A stretch of DNA of 64,000 bases from a virus: positions 32,001 to 96,000 of the IMG/VR virus record IMGVR_UViG_3300026097_001223. One strand, written 5' to 3'. A program made the position numbers and the translations under genes. Below, one piece after another: positions 29,511 through 38,113 of the stretch. Position 1 is the first letter of the stretch, and each line of letters begins with the position of its first letter. The notes under the pieces were generated by a model, which was not told the DNA's origin, searched no databases, and saw only the letters and a list, made by a program, of their open reading frames with translations.

Positions 29511-29861
29511 ATGGAGCAGGATATGCAAAAGCAAATTGAACAATTACTTGCAGATATCAAGCAAGACTACGTCGACTGGACCACAGCTGCTAGCAAAGGC
29601 AAGCCACTCAGCAACTATTTCAAAGAAACACTTGAAAATTTTGATGATAATCTTGAAGTTAAAGAAGGTAAAAAATACATCAAAATCATTCGTGATGGAA
29701 GTACATGGGGATTTGTTGTTGCAGTAGACAATGATCCAAAATTTCGCCGAGGCGATATCTTAATGGCAGCGGGCTTTAACGCTCCTGCTCGCAACAAGCC
29801 ACGCGGTAACATCTTAGACGGTAATTATCGTATTCAGTGGACTGGCCCAGCTTATCTTTAA
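29511..29861 (+). CDS. Small hypothetical early protein
   Basis: Downstream of the early promoter with an SD; GKKYIKII...GDILMAAGFNAPA.N.PRGNI. Confidence 0.75.
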   Translation: MEQDMQKQIEQLLADIKQDYVDWTTAASKGKPLSNYFKETLENFDDNLEVKEGKKYIKIIRDGSTWGFVVAVDNDPKFRRGDILMAAGFNAPARNKPRGNILDGNYRIQWTGPAYL

Positions 29862-29871
29862 GGAGAACACT

Positions 29872-30240
29872 ATGACAGTAGCAACTCGTGAAATTGAATA
29901 TCTCATGGTAGAATCGGCTCATGTCAAAGCATTAAGTGCTGCAAGACAGGCCGCACAAGCGTTTGCCAATCAACACTTCAATGGTGGCGACGGCGGAGCA
30001 TGTGGCTTTGCCTGGATAGATGTTTACAAGGTTCGATCCAACAGCCGACTAGGAAAAGCACTCGCAAGTGTTGGATTTCGAAAGAGCTACACCGGCGGTC
30101 TTCAACTGTGGAACGGACGCGACGGTTGGTACTTTGGTCAGAGCGTCGATGCCGCAGAAGCTGGTGCTCGAGCTTACGCTGATGTATTCCGAGCAGAACT
30201 TGGATACGACAATGTTTACGCCGGCAGCCGGTTAGATTGA
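29872..30240 (+). CDS. Small hypothetical early protein
   Basis: SD AAGGAG; GGACGFAWI...Q....EAGARAYA motif. Confidence 0.75.
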   Translation: MTVATREIEYLMVESAHVKALSAARQAAQAFANQHFNGGDGGACGFAWIDVYKVRSNSRLGKALASVGFRKSYTGGLQLWNGRDGWYFGQSVDAAEAGARAYADVFRAELGYDNVYAGSRLD

Positions 30241-30249
30241 GGCTAGACA

Positions 30250-30705
30250 ATGATCAATGAAATGTTACTGGCGCTAACCATGTCACTGGATCCTGTTCAA
30301 GCCGATTGCTTGGCAAAAAACGTATACTTTGAAGCACGTAATCAAAGTGACGCAGGTGGTATTGCTGTGAGCCATGTGGTATTAAACAGGGTAAACAGCA
30401 ATCGCTATCCTGACAACATCTGTGATGTTGTAACACAGGCAAAACGAAACAGTGTTGGTCAATTGATTCGTCACAAGTGTCAGTTTTCTTGGTATTGCGA
30501 TGGACTCAGTGATTGGCCAAAAGAACCTGCTGCCTGGAAGCATGCACAATCACTAGCAAGACAAGCATACTTGTTGCACAAGAACGGGTTCGACCTAACT
30601 GATGGTAGTTTGTTTTATCATACAAAAGCTGTTAACCCGCGTTGGAACAGAAACATGACACCAGTGATGGTAGTCGACGACCATATTTTTTGGCGCGATG
30701 ACTAA
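30250..30705 (+). CDS. Cell wall hydrolase (SleB/CwlJ, Hydrolase_2 family) with an N-terminal hydrophobic stretch
   Basis: CLAKNVYFEAR, VVLNRV, YP..ICDVV.Q, CQFSWYCDG and FYH motifs. Confidence 0.9.
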   Translation: MINEMLLALTMSLDPVQADCLAKNVYFEARNQSDAGGIAVSHVVLNRVNSNRYPDNICDVVTQAKRNSVGQLIRHKCQFSWYCDGLSDWPKEPAAWKHAQSLARQAYLLHKNGFDLTDGSLFYHTKAVNPRWNRNMTPVMVVDDHIFWRDD

Positions 30706-30709
30706 TAGG

Positions 30710-30738
30710 TTGACACAGCACCTGAACTAGCCTATACT
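30710..30738 (+). promoter_or_regulatory. Early sigma70-like promoter heading the three-gene nuclease module
   Basis: GG-TTGACA-N17-TATACT-TAATAAT. Confidence 0.8.
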
Positions 30739-30801
30739 TAATAATGTAGCGAGAGGTATTGCACCGTATCGCAGTTTTATAGCAAAATGGAGAATAGCTA
30801 A

Positions 30802-31317
30802 ATGGCTACTAAATTAGAAAACCTTCCATTGGAAATAGCACATTTCCAAGCATTTCGCAAATACATCCCCAAAAATGAAACTCTGTGTGTAGACAGTGTA
30901 AAAACCTTACTTGAAATGGGTGCACTGCAGATCAGCACACTGTTTGAACATGCACTAGCAAACTATTGCGGCACTGAAGTAACCAGCACAGACGAAGCAG
31001 ATCTAAGCTGTGGTGCTGACGCTAAACTAACAACTGTGCGTACATACCGCTACGGCAAAAGCTATGGAGCTCCTGTAACAGGTGTTTATACCAAAACTGG
31101 CGACTTGCTGGTCCAATGCTACGAGCGCAAGCAAAACAAATTCTACTATTTCCGTATCCCACGTGTTGCTTACTGTCATATTCCAAAGACCAGCAACATT
31201 GAAATTCCCTTTTATTTAGATGGCACTCCCAAGCGCGAAAACGCCTGCGCTGTAAATTGGTATCAATTTGAGTGTGCTAGTTTTGAAGATATGTGCAATG
31301 AGGAGTACATGGCATGA
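30802..31317 (+). CDS. Putative PD-(D/E)xK restriction-like endonuclease
   Basis: LFEHAL...DEADLSCGADAK gives an E...D...DxK arrangement. Confidence 0.45.
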   Translation: MATKLENLPLEIAHFQAFRKYIPKNETLCVDSVKTLLEMGALQISTLFEHALANYCGTEVTSTDEADLSCGADAKLTTVRTYRYGKSYGAPVTGVYTKTGDLLVQCYERKQNKFYYFRIPRVAYCHIPKTSNIEIPFYLDGTPKRENACAVNWYQFECASFEDMCNEEYMA

Positions 31318-32354
31318 CACGACTAGTTAAAAAATTCACCGACGTAGTAAATGAAGTACGTCTTGAGATGCAAGCAAGCAAAGGCATCACCCAGGCCGAT
31401 CTTGATAAATTTCGTGATAGAGTAGACGGCAATGGACACCAGTTTCCTGAAGGTTCCAACATGGTGCCATTTGCAGATCAATGGTTAGATTACGAAGTTC
31501 AACGTGCAGCTATTCCGGATCACATTCTCAACATTATGAAGAATTACGATCCTCGTTTGTGTGGTCCAGCCAGTGCATGCCAAGTTGCTGGTGAAGATTA
31601 CACAACCATATATGATGGACAACAACGTAGTATTGCAACAGCTTTGTTAGGGTTTACAGCTGGACCTTGCAACGTTGTGGTCACTGATGACCCGGCATTT
31701 CCTAGTTATGCATTTGAAATGCTCAACGAAACTGGTGTAAAGAAACTTATGCCTGCAGACTTGCACCGAAATGCTCTTACACGTTTTCGATTAGGGTCAC
31801 AAGAGCGAAGAAATATTCTTGCTCGTACACTGCAGGATCAATTTGATAATGCAGGCATTGATCTTGAAGACAAAGGAACACGCAAGAGTCCAAATCTTCG
31901 CGGAAATAATTCATACTACTTTTCGCACTTTAAGTATGCCTACAAGGGCATTCATCTAGACGAGTCGGGAAAAACACTGTTTCAGATTCTAGAAGCAATT
32001 CGGTCAGTGTTTCCGAGAAACGACGAAATTGACCAGGGTGTGTTCATTGGCTTGTATGAACTGGCACGACTGGACAGTCGGCAAGAACTGCCACCGATGT
32101 GGATGCAGCGAGTGCTATACAGTGTAGCAAAATATTTTGACAGTTCATCGACTTTGCACAGTAAAGCCAAGCTTCAGCATGCTCATGTGTTTCCTGGTGC
32201 TAGCTGGAGTGCTCCTAGTGCAATGGCAAACTTCCTGCGAGAACTGTACATCATGGAAGGCGGCAGTATTCCGCTTCCGTATCACGGTGTAGGTGCTATG
32301 ATGGATGTGGCAATCAACCCTGCTCCTGGCTTATTTCCAACAAAGGTAGTATGA
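31314..32354 (+). CDS. DGQQR-motif ParB/Srx-superfamily protein (DUF262/GmrS/DndB-like)
   Basis: YEVQR, IYDGQQR and AFEMLNETGVKKL follow the DUF262 motif order. Confidence 0.7.
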   Translation: MTRLVKKFTDVVNEVRLEMQASKGITQADLDKFRDRVDGNGHQFPEGSNMVPFADQWLDYEVQRAAIPDHILNIMKNYDPRLCGPASACQVAGEDYTTIYDGQQRSIATALLGFTAGPCNVVVTDDPAFPSYAFEMLNETGVKKLMPADLHRNALTRFRLGSQERRNILARTLQDQFDNAGIDLEDKGTRKSPNLRGNNSYYFSHFKYAYKGIHLDESGKTLFQILEAIRSVFPRNDEIDQGVFIGLYELARLDSRQELPPMWMQRVLYSVAKYFDSSSTLHSKAKLQHAHVFPGASWSAPSAMANFLRELYIMEGGSIPLPYHGVGAMMDVAINPAPGLFPTKVV

Positions 32355-32355
32355 C

Positions 32356-32919
32356 ATGACTTTACAAGAAAGCATTGAAAATTTCCGTCAGCCTGTGTAT
32401 GTGCGTACTCGTCGTAGCCCTGAAACTTATGCCGCTACTGCCAAATACGTTGTACGCAGACTCAATGAACTTTGCGACGAGTATGATGCCACACGCAATG
32501 ATCAACAAACCGCTAGGTTGATTCGTGACGATGTTGACAATGCATTACGCAGATATCATGAGTATTGTATTAAACAAAACATTGGTGCGCACTACATTGA
32601 TCAGCACTGTGAGGACAATGGCATATTTGAGCACATTGTTCCTAACAGACTTGTGAGAGACATGCTGTTACATGATGTTATTACACCAGAGCAAGCATGT
32701 AATATGCCAACCTGTCGATTAAGTCGCGACAAGGATGTCCTGTTACGCGAAGCAGGCTGGACTAGTCGGACACCGGACATTTTCAATTTCTGGACAAGAT
32801 ACACCAACTGTTTTCCTGTAGATGGAGTGTTTGTTACACACGATGGAGTTGAAATATCCAGTGCTATGACACTGCTAGATCATTTCGAAATGTATGATCA
32901 CCTAGTAATCGGTCATTAA
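32356..32919 (+). CDS. Putative His-Me finger nuclease (EHxxP; GmrD/DUF1524-like)
   Basis: FEHIVP followed by PTC.LS...D..L and FW.RY; adjacent to the DGQQR gene. Confidence 0.45.
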   Translation: MTLQESIENFRQPVYVRTRRSPETYAATAKYVVRRLNELCDEYDATRNDQQTARLIRDDVDNALRRYHEYCIKQNIGAHYIDQHCEDNGIFEHIVPNRLVRDMLLHDVITPEQACNMPTCRLSRDKDVLLREAGWTSRTPDIFNFWTRYTNCFPVDGVFVTHDGVEISSAMTLLDHFEMYDHLVIGH

Positions 32920-33639
32920 TTTTTCAACTACCTGTTTGATTTGATCTTTTGTAATGTTGTTATTAAATGTTTGTTGATTGAAATTTGTTACAAAGTTTAT
33001 CCAGTTAGCTATTAGCTGATCGTCATTGTCTAAATTTAAAACGTCGAGTATCTGTTCGGCACCGCTGGGTTCAGCTAAGACATTGTAGTCTATAGACAGA
33101 GATTGAAAAACAGAGCAGTCATAAAAATCCTGTAGATCACGAGTTTGCTCTAACTTAGTGAAAGAATAGTTTGCAAATTTTTGTGGTAAATGACAAAAAG
33201 AGTCATACAAAAAATCTGTGATTGAATCAATATCGAACTGTGGTTTGAATACAAGCATTTTAAAAATGTCAGTTGCATTGAAACTTTTGATAATTTTTTT
33301 TGCCTGTGCAAGATGTCCAAATTTTGATGCTATAAATTTTTCTGCATTAGGATTATAATTGCGTGTCCCATAGTCAGCTGTTAACGTATCATTGAAAGCA
33401 TTGTTTGGTAAACCAAAGTATGCCCAGTTATTAACCGTATCATTGATATCATTATTCCAGTTACTGTTAATATTTGGCACACATTGCGGATGATTAAGTA
33501 GAATTTGCAGTGCATGTTTCAGTCGTGCACTGCCATTTGGAGCTATTAATAAAATATGAGTGTGCCATTTTTGATTGTCAAATGCATCATAAAAATAATC
33601 GTAAGTGGGACAGGATGGATCTATCGGAAGAGTTCTCAT
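32902..33639 (-). CDS. Hypothetical protein, sulfotransferase-like; paralog of 28699-29457
   Basis: LLNHP...SNW and SIDYNVLAEPSGAEQILDVLNL; AT-rich. ATG 33639 is preferred because the longer track start crosses a promoter and another gene. Confidence 0.55.
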   Translation of the reverse strand: MRTLPIDPSCPTYDYFYDAFDNQKWHTHILLIAPNGSARLKHALQILLNHPQCVPNINSNWNNDINDTVNNWAYFGLPNNAFNDTLTADYGTRNYNPNAEKFIASKFGHLAQAKKIIKSFNATDIFKMLVFKPQFDIDSITDFLYDSFCHLPQKFANYSFTKLEQTRDLQDFYDCSVFQSLSIDYNVLAEPSGAEQILDVLNLDNDDQLIANWINFVTNFNQQTFNNNITKDQIKQVVEKLMTDY

Positions 33640-33667
33640 TACATTAGTTATCTTTTGTATAAAAAGG

Positions 33668-33696
33668 TTGACCTTTCTGACTAGATCGGCTATACT
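33668..33696 (+). promoter_or_regulatory. Early sigma70-like promoter
   Basis: TATAAAAAGG-TTGACC-N17-TATACT-AATAAT; the first 16 nt (33658-33673) are identical to 29453-29468. Confidence 0.8.
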
Positions 33697-33723
33697 AATA
33701 ATATAGACAGTGAGGAGAGAACA

Positions 33724-33942
33724 ATGAAAGTTGAAGTTGGGCAAAAGATTTACGGGCAGTACGGTGCAATGATTCCAACAGTGTATGGTGTTGTTGATCG
33801 CATTGACGACAACGGTGTTGTTTACTTTAGTGATCGTTATTCACCTGAAGAAGTTTACACAACACCACAGGAATACATCAAGCCTATCAAAGGCAATGCC
33901 AGTATTGAAGAACTTCCACTTGCAGTAGGAGTATATGCATGA
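33724..33942 (+). CDS. Small hypothetical early protein
   Basis: SD GAGGAG; directly downstream of the promoter. Confidence 0.7.
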   Translation: MKVEVGQKIYGQYGAMIPTVYGVVDRIDDNGVVYFSDRYSPEEVYTTPQEYIKPIKGNASIEELPLAVGVYA

Positions 33943-34160
33943 AAACAGTAAAGACAGTGTTTAGCGAATTGCTAGCACAAGGCACCGAGTGTGGCGTATG
34001 GACTGACAAAACGCAGATTGATTTGGAATCCATGTTACACGATTTTGAAACTGCTGAACGCAACATGCAAAATGTATTACCATACATGAAACGCCTATGC
34101 GAAGCAAAAGAAAGTTCAACCAAACTCAAGCGTTTACGTGAAAGGGCGTTGGCATTATGA
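33939..34160 (+). CDS. Small hypothetical early protein
   Basis: ATGA overlap; SD AGGAG. Confidence 0.65.
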   Translation: MKTVKTVFSELLAQGTECGVWTDKTQIDLESMLHDFETAERNMQNVLPYMKRLCEAKESSTKLKRLRERALAL

Positions 34161-34645
34161 AAATTTATTTCAACAATCTCAGTCAGTACGCTGTGCAAAA
34201 GAATCAAGTGCAAGGGGTGCTGGAGTATTGTGCCAGTCAACTGTTGGACAAAGATCTTTACAATGCATTGGTGCTAGACATCAACGTAGAACGAGACTTT
34301 GGTTACGATGCAGAAGCAGGTGTGCATGACGATGAGTGGGACGATGTTGCGCCTTGCTTGTTTGCAATCACACTGGACCGGACGCTGGTAGAAGGCGATA
34401 TGGAGACACTGCTGAAAACACTGTGTCATGAAATGGTTCATATCAAGCAGTACATGACCGGTGAGCTCCGAGCAACAGCCAATAGCTTTGAATACAAAGG
34501 CACAGAATACAGCCTAGAGCAACCTGTGTCGCTTGCTGAGTATTATGCTTTTCCGTGGGAAGTAGAAGCCTACGGATTGGAACGTGCATTGTATTTCGGT
34601 TACACTGAAAATGCAAATGTTCTTGACAAACTATTGGCAGCCTAG
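34157..34645 (+). CDS. Zincin-like metallopeptidase
   Basis: TLCHEMVHIKQY (HExxH) and PWEVEAY. Confidence 0.75.
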   Translation: MKIYFNNLSQYAVQKNQVQGVLEYCASQLLDKDLYNALVLDINVERDFGYDAEAGVHDDEWDDVAPCLFAITLDRTLVEGDMETLLKTLCHEMVHIKQYMTGELRATANSFEYKGTEYSLEQPVSLAEYYAFPWEVEAYGLERALYFGYTENANVLDKLLAA

Positions 34646-34651
34646 TATTAT
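34623..34651 (+). promoter_or_regulatory. Sigma70-like promoter for the AAA+ gene
   Basis: TTGACA-N17-TATTAT. Confidence 0.6.
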
Positions 34652-34683
34652 AATAGAACAGTAAACAAAAGAGAGCTAGACAT

Positions 34684-35697
34684 ATGAATACTGTACTAAT
34701 TAAACAAGGTGTGTATCGCAACACCGAAATCGAAAACCAGGTGTTTGAGCTGGTACGCCCAGTTACACGCGGTAAAAAAGGCACCTACATCACAGTGCGG
34801 AACGACGGTTCTTTTGACGGTCCGGATAATATTCGAGTAAGTATTGATAATCACAACAGTGTAGAGTTTGCTGGAGGCGCTGTGAAAAACGGAGTTGTAG
34901 AATTTAAGAAAACCAAAACCGAAAGTGACGAAGAAGTCATGGAGCGTATTGGCAAACGTTTTGATATTTTGCACGACATGACGCGAGCTGCTATCAACGG
35001 CGATGTCCGTGCTATGATTGTTACAGGTCCTCCAGGTGTAGGTAAGAGCTTTGGTGTAGAATATGAGCTTGAAAAAAGCAGTATCTTTGATCGCATCGGC
35101 GGCAACAACACCAAGTACGAAGTGATTAAAGGCGCAATGACACCTGTAGGTTTGTATGCCACACTGTACAAGCATTCAGACAAAAATCATGTGCTGGTGT
35201 TTGATGACTGTGACTCAATCCTGCTAGACGATTTGAGTTTGAACATTCTCAAAGCCGCACTGGATTCAGGCAAGAAGCGTAGAATCTACTGGAATGCAGA
35301 TTCAAGCAAACTGCGCGGAGAAGGTATTCCTAACAGTTTTGACTTCCACGGCAGTGTGATTTTTATTACGAACCTAAAGTTCGAACATATCAAGAGCAAA
35401 AAACTTAAAGATCACCTAGATGCATTGCAGAGTCGCTGTCACTATCTTGACTTAACAATGGATACCATGCGAGATTGTTTCTTGCGTATTAAACAGATCT
35501 TCCGTAAAGGTGAGCTGTTTCGAGATTACAAGTTCACTCCAGAAGTGGGCGAAGAGATTCTTGACTTTATGGATAAGAATCAAAACAGGTTGCGCGAGAT
35601 GAGTTTGCGAATGGCACTTAAAATTGCTGATCTCACTCGTGTTTCATCCGACAACTGGCGAGAGCTTGCCGAAAGCACTTGTATGCGTCGGGTTTAA
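34684..35697 (+). CDS. AAA+ ATPase with a small N-terminal beta domain
   Basis: Walker A GPPGVGKS, Walker B VLVFDDCD, FITN and SRC arginine-finger motif. Confidence 0.85.
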   Translation: MNTVLIKQGVYRNTEIENQVFELVRPVTRGKKGTYITVRNDGSFDGPDNIRVSIDNHNSVEFAGGAVKNGVVEFKKTKTESDEEVMERIGKRFDILHDMTRAAINGDVRAMIVTGPPGVGKSFGVEYELEKSSIFDRIGGNNTKYEVIKGAMTPVGLYATLYKHSDKNHVLVFDDCDSILLDDLSLNILKAALDSGKKRRIYWNADSSKLRGEGIPNSFDFHGSVIFITNLKFEHIKSKKLKDHLDALQSRCHYLDLTMDTMRDCFLRIKQIFRKGELFRDYKFTPEVGEEILDFMDKNQNRLREMSLRMALKIADLTRVSSDNWRELAESTCMRRV

Positions 35698-35702
35698 AGA
35701 GT

Positions 35703-35777
35703 TCAGGTTATCACTCACTGTCTAGCTCCTCGATAACCTGATCAATTAGGGCACCCTTTCGGGGGTGCCCATTTTTT
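35703..35777 (+). ncRNA. Candidate small structured RNA (stem-loop with a CUCCU loop plus terminator)
   Basis: 10-bp stem TCAGGTTATC/GATAACCTGA with a 19-nt loop ACTCACTGTCTAGCTCCTC, followed by a terminator. Confidence 0.35.
35749..35777 (+). terminator. Rho-independent terminator
   Basis: GGGCACCCT-TTCG-GGGGTGCCC then ATTTTTT. Confidence 0.9.
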
Positions 35778-35782
35778 CTATT

Positions 35783-36661
35783 ATGATTGTAAAAATATAT
35801 TTAGGACACAACTCACAGGACAGCGAACTGGTTTTACAATACCAGGTGCATGATACACCACTGGCTCGTGCATGGACAGAAAGACTAACAGCCGGCATGA
35901 GCTATCCAATTGACCATCCAGAAAGATTTTATGGGTGGAACAGCAAAGAACACGAATTAGACAATGCCACTGGGCAATTGTTACATGCTGTTAACACTGT
36001 GAATAGTCACAAAAAGATATTCTCAGACCCAGTGTCAGCCACAGACCAAGACTGGTTAAACAGTGTGCACACTGTGTTCGAAGATGTGCACGGCGGACTT
36101 GACCAGCAGGACACAGAATTTTTTCAAACTGCACCTGCAGAAGTGCAACGTGCGCTAGCCAATGTTAATGTGTATGTGCATGCTGTAGAAACTGCCGTGT
36201 CTGAGAAGTCAAATCCACGCTTTGTGGTAACACGCTGGGGCTTGCCCAAAACACATCTATTAGAAAAACAATGGATGAGTCAGTACGGTGTTGTTTCTCC
36301 ACCGTGGGGTAGCCTGGTGTTAAGCTATGTTGAAATTGGAAAGACCTTGGAAGATCTAGTGCATGATAACGAAGCACCCAGTGATCTAGGATTTAGACCT
36401 TGGAAACACTACAGTGCTGACTTTGTTGCTCGATTCTACGAAGAAGAAGACACTGTTAAAAAACTAAATCAAATGCGCTATGTGTTTGAATGGCATCGAG
36501 ACTGGTTTGAAGCCAGAGGCTTTGATCAGTTCGAAGATCCGCAACTGTTGCCCTTGCGATATCCTGTGGCACAGTTAATTGAAGAAATGCCCAGAGAAGA
36601 TCTCATTTACCATATTGGTAGGCATAATAGAGTAAAGCAAGTACAATTAATCCATGCGTGA
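35783..36661 (+). CDS. Hypothetical protein
   Basis: ATG 35783 chosen because the track start GTG 35765 lies inside the terminator stem; RFVVTRWGLPK motif, no function recognised. Confidence 0.65.
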   Translation: MIVKIYLGHNSQDSELVLQYQVHDTPLARAWTERLTAGMSYPIDHPERFYGWNSKEHELDNATGQLLHAVNTVNSHKKIFSDPVSATDQDWLNSVHTVFEDVHGGLDQQDTEFFQTAPAEVQRALANVNVYVHAVETAVSEKSNPRFVVTRWGLPKTHLLEKQWMSQYGVVSPPWGSLVLSYVEIGKTLEDLVHDNEAPSDLGFRPWKHYSADFVARFYEEEDTVKKLNQMRYVFEWHRDWFEARGFDQFEDPQLLPLRYPVAQLIEEMPREDLIYHIGRHNRVKQVQLIHA

Positions 36662-38111
36662 ATGTAAACTAATCATCAAAGACGAAGTCAATGCCAAGAT
36701 CGAAGGACTAGACCTTGACACTCGTAAAAGGCTCACTAACAAGTTCAAGTATGAAGTGCCCTATGCTAGATATCTTCCAGCGGTTAAACTAGGACGATGG
36801 GACGGCAAAGTGGGATTCTTTCAACTGGGCGGCAGTACCTATATCAACCTATTGCCTGAGATATTAGAAGATCTAGAAAATCACGATTGGGATATTGAAC
36901 TGGAAGATCTTCGAGAATACCCAACGTCTTTTGGGTTTGAACCAGTTTACGAAAACACCTACAGTGACATACTTTGGCCAAAAGGACACCCAGCGGCTGG
37001 TAAAAGCATTGAACTGCGTGATTATCAAGTCAGCATTATCAATAGCTTTTTAGAAAACCCGCAGAGTATACAGGAAATTGCAACTGGTGCAGGCAAGACC
37101 ATTATGACTGCCGCACTCAGCGAACGTGTAGAGCAGTACGGCCGTAGTATTGTAATTGTGCCTAACAAGAGTCTTGTAACGCAAACAGAAAAAGACTATC
37201 GCAACATGCAACTGGACGTAGGTGTGTTCTATGGTGATAGAAAAGAGTTTGGACACAAACACACAATTTGCACATGGCAAAGTCTCAACGTGTTGTTAAA
37301 GAATACCAAGCGCGGCAGTGTAGATATCACAATTGGCGAATTTCTTGAAGATGTTGTGTGTGTAATTGTAGACGAAGTGCATCAAGCTAAAGCAGATGCG
37401 CTTAAAACTCTACTCACTGGTGTTATGAGTCGTGTGCCAATGCGCTGGGGACTAACTGGTACTATTCCTAAAGAACAGTTTGAATGGCAGGCAATTCATG
37501 TCGGTCTAGGTCCTGTGATCAATCAAGTGGCTGCTAGTGAACTACAGGATAGAGGGGTGTTGGCTCGTTGCAATGTTAATATTGTACAACTGGTAGATCA
37601 CGCTGAGCACCAAAATTATCAAAGTGAGCTTAAATATCTATTAGAAGAACCGGGCAGATTGGATACTATTGCCAATCTAGCACAATCAGTGAATGACTCA
37701 GGCAACACACTGATATTGGTTGACCGTATAAGTGCTGGCACTGCATTACAAGAACGCTTGCCTGACAGTGTGTTTATTTCTGGATCAACCAAAGCTGTAG
37801 ACAGACAAGACCACTATGACGAAGTACAAGAAGCGACAAACAAAATCATTATTGCAACCTATGGAGTTGCGGCTGTTGGGATTAATATTCCTAGGATATT
37901 CAATCTTGTTCTTGTCGAGCCTGGTAAGAGTTTTGTTAGAGTAATTCAAAGCATTGGCCGAGGCATTCGCAAGGCCGAAGACAAAGACCATGTAGAAATC
38001 TACGACATAACCAGTACATGTAGATTTGCTAAACGGCATTTGACTAAACGCAAGCAGTTTTATAAAGAAGCCAACTATCCTTTTCAGATTGAAAAATTGG
38101 AGTGGAAATAA
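36654..38111 (+). CDS. uvsW: SF2 DNA helicase (UvsW-like)
   Basis: LRDYQ, ATGAGKT, VDEVH, GLTGT and QSIGRG.R. Confidence 0.92.
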   Translation: MRECKLIIKDEVNAKIEGLDLDTRKRLTNKFKYEVPYARYLPAVKLGRWDGKVGFFQLGGSTYINLLPEILEDLENHDWDIELEDLREYPTSFGFEPVYENTYSDILWPKGHPAAGKSIELRDYQVSIINSFLENPQSIQEIATGAGKTIMTAALSERVEQYGRSIVIVPNKSLVTQTEKDYRNMQLDVGVFYGDRKEFGHKHTICTWQSLNVLLKNTKRGSVDITIGEFLEDVVCVIVDEVHQAKADALKTLLTGVMSRVPMRWGLTGTIPKEQFEWQAIHVGLGPVINQVAASELQDRGVLARCNVNIVQLVDHAEHQNYQSELKYLLEEPGRLDTIANLAQSVNDSGNTLILVDRISAGTALQERLPDSVFISGSTKAVDRQDHYDEVQEATNKIIIATYGVAAVGINIPRIFNLVLVEPGKSFVRVIQSIGRGIRKAEDKDHVEIYDITSTCRFAKRHLTKRKQFYKEANYPFQIEKLEWK

Positions 38112-38113
38112 TC

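Noticed and set aside
30745-30800. Possible riboswitch or structured leader before the nuclease module (GCGA...GGT...ACC...TCGC)
   Set aside because: Pairing is short and interrupted and matches no RNA family I can recognise.
35765-35782. GTG start for the 35765 ORF
   Set aside because: It falls within the terminator stem; ATG 35783 is more plausible.
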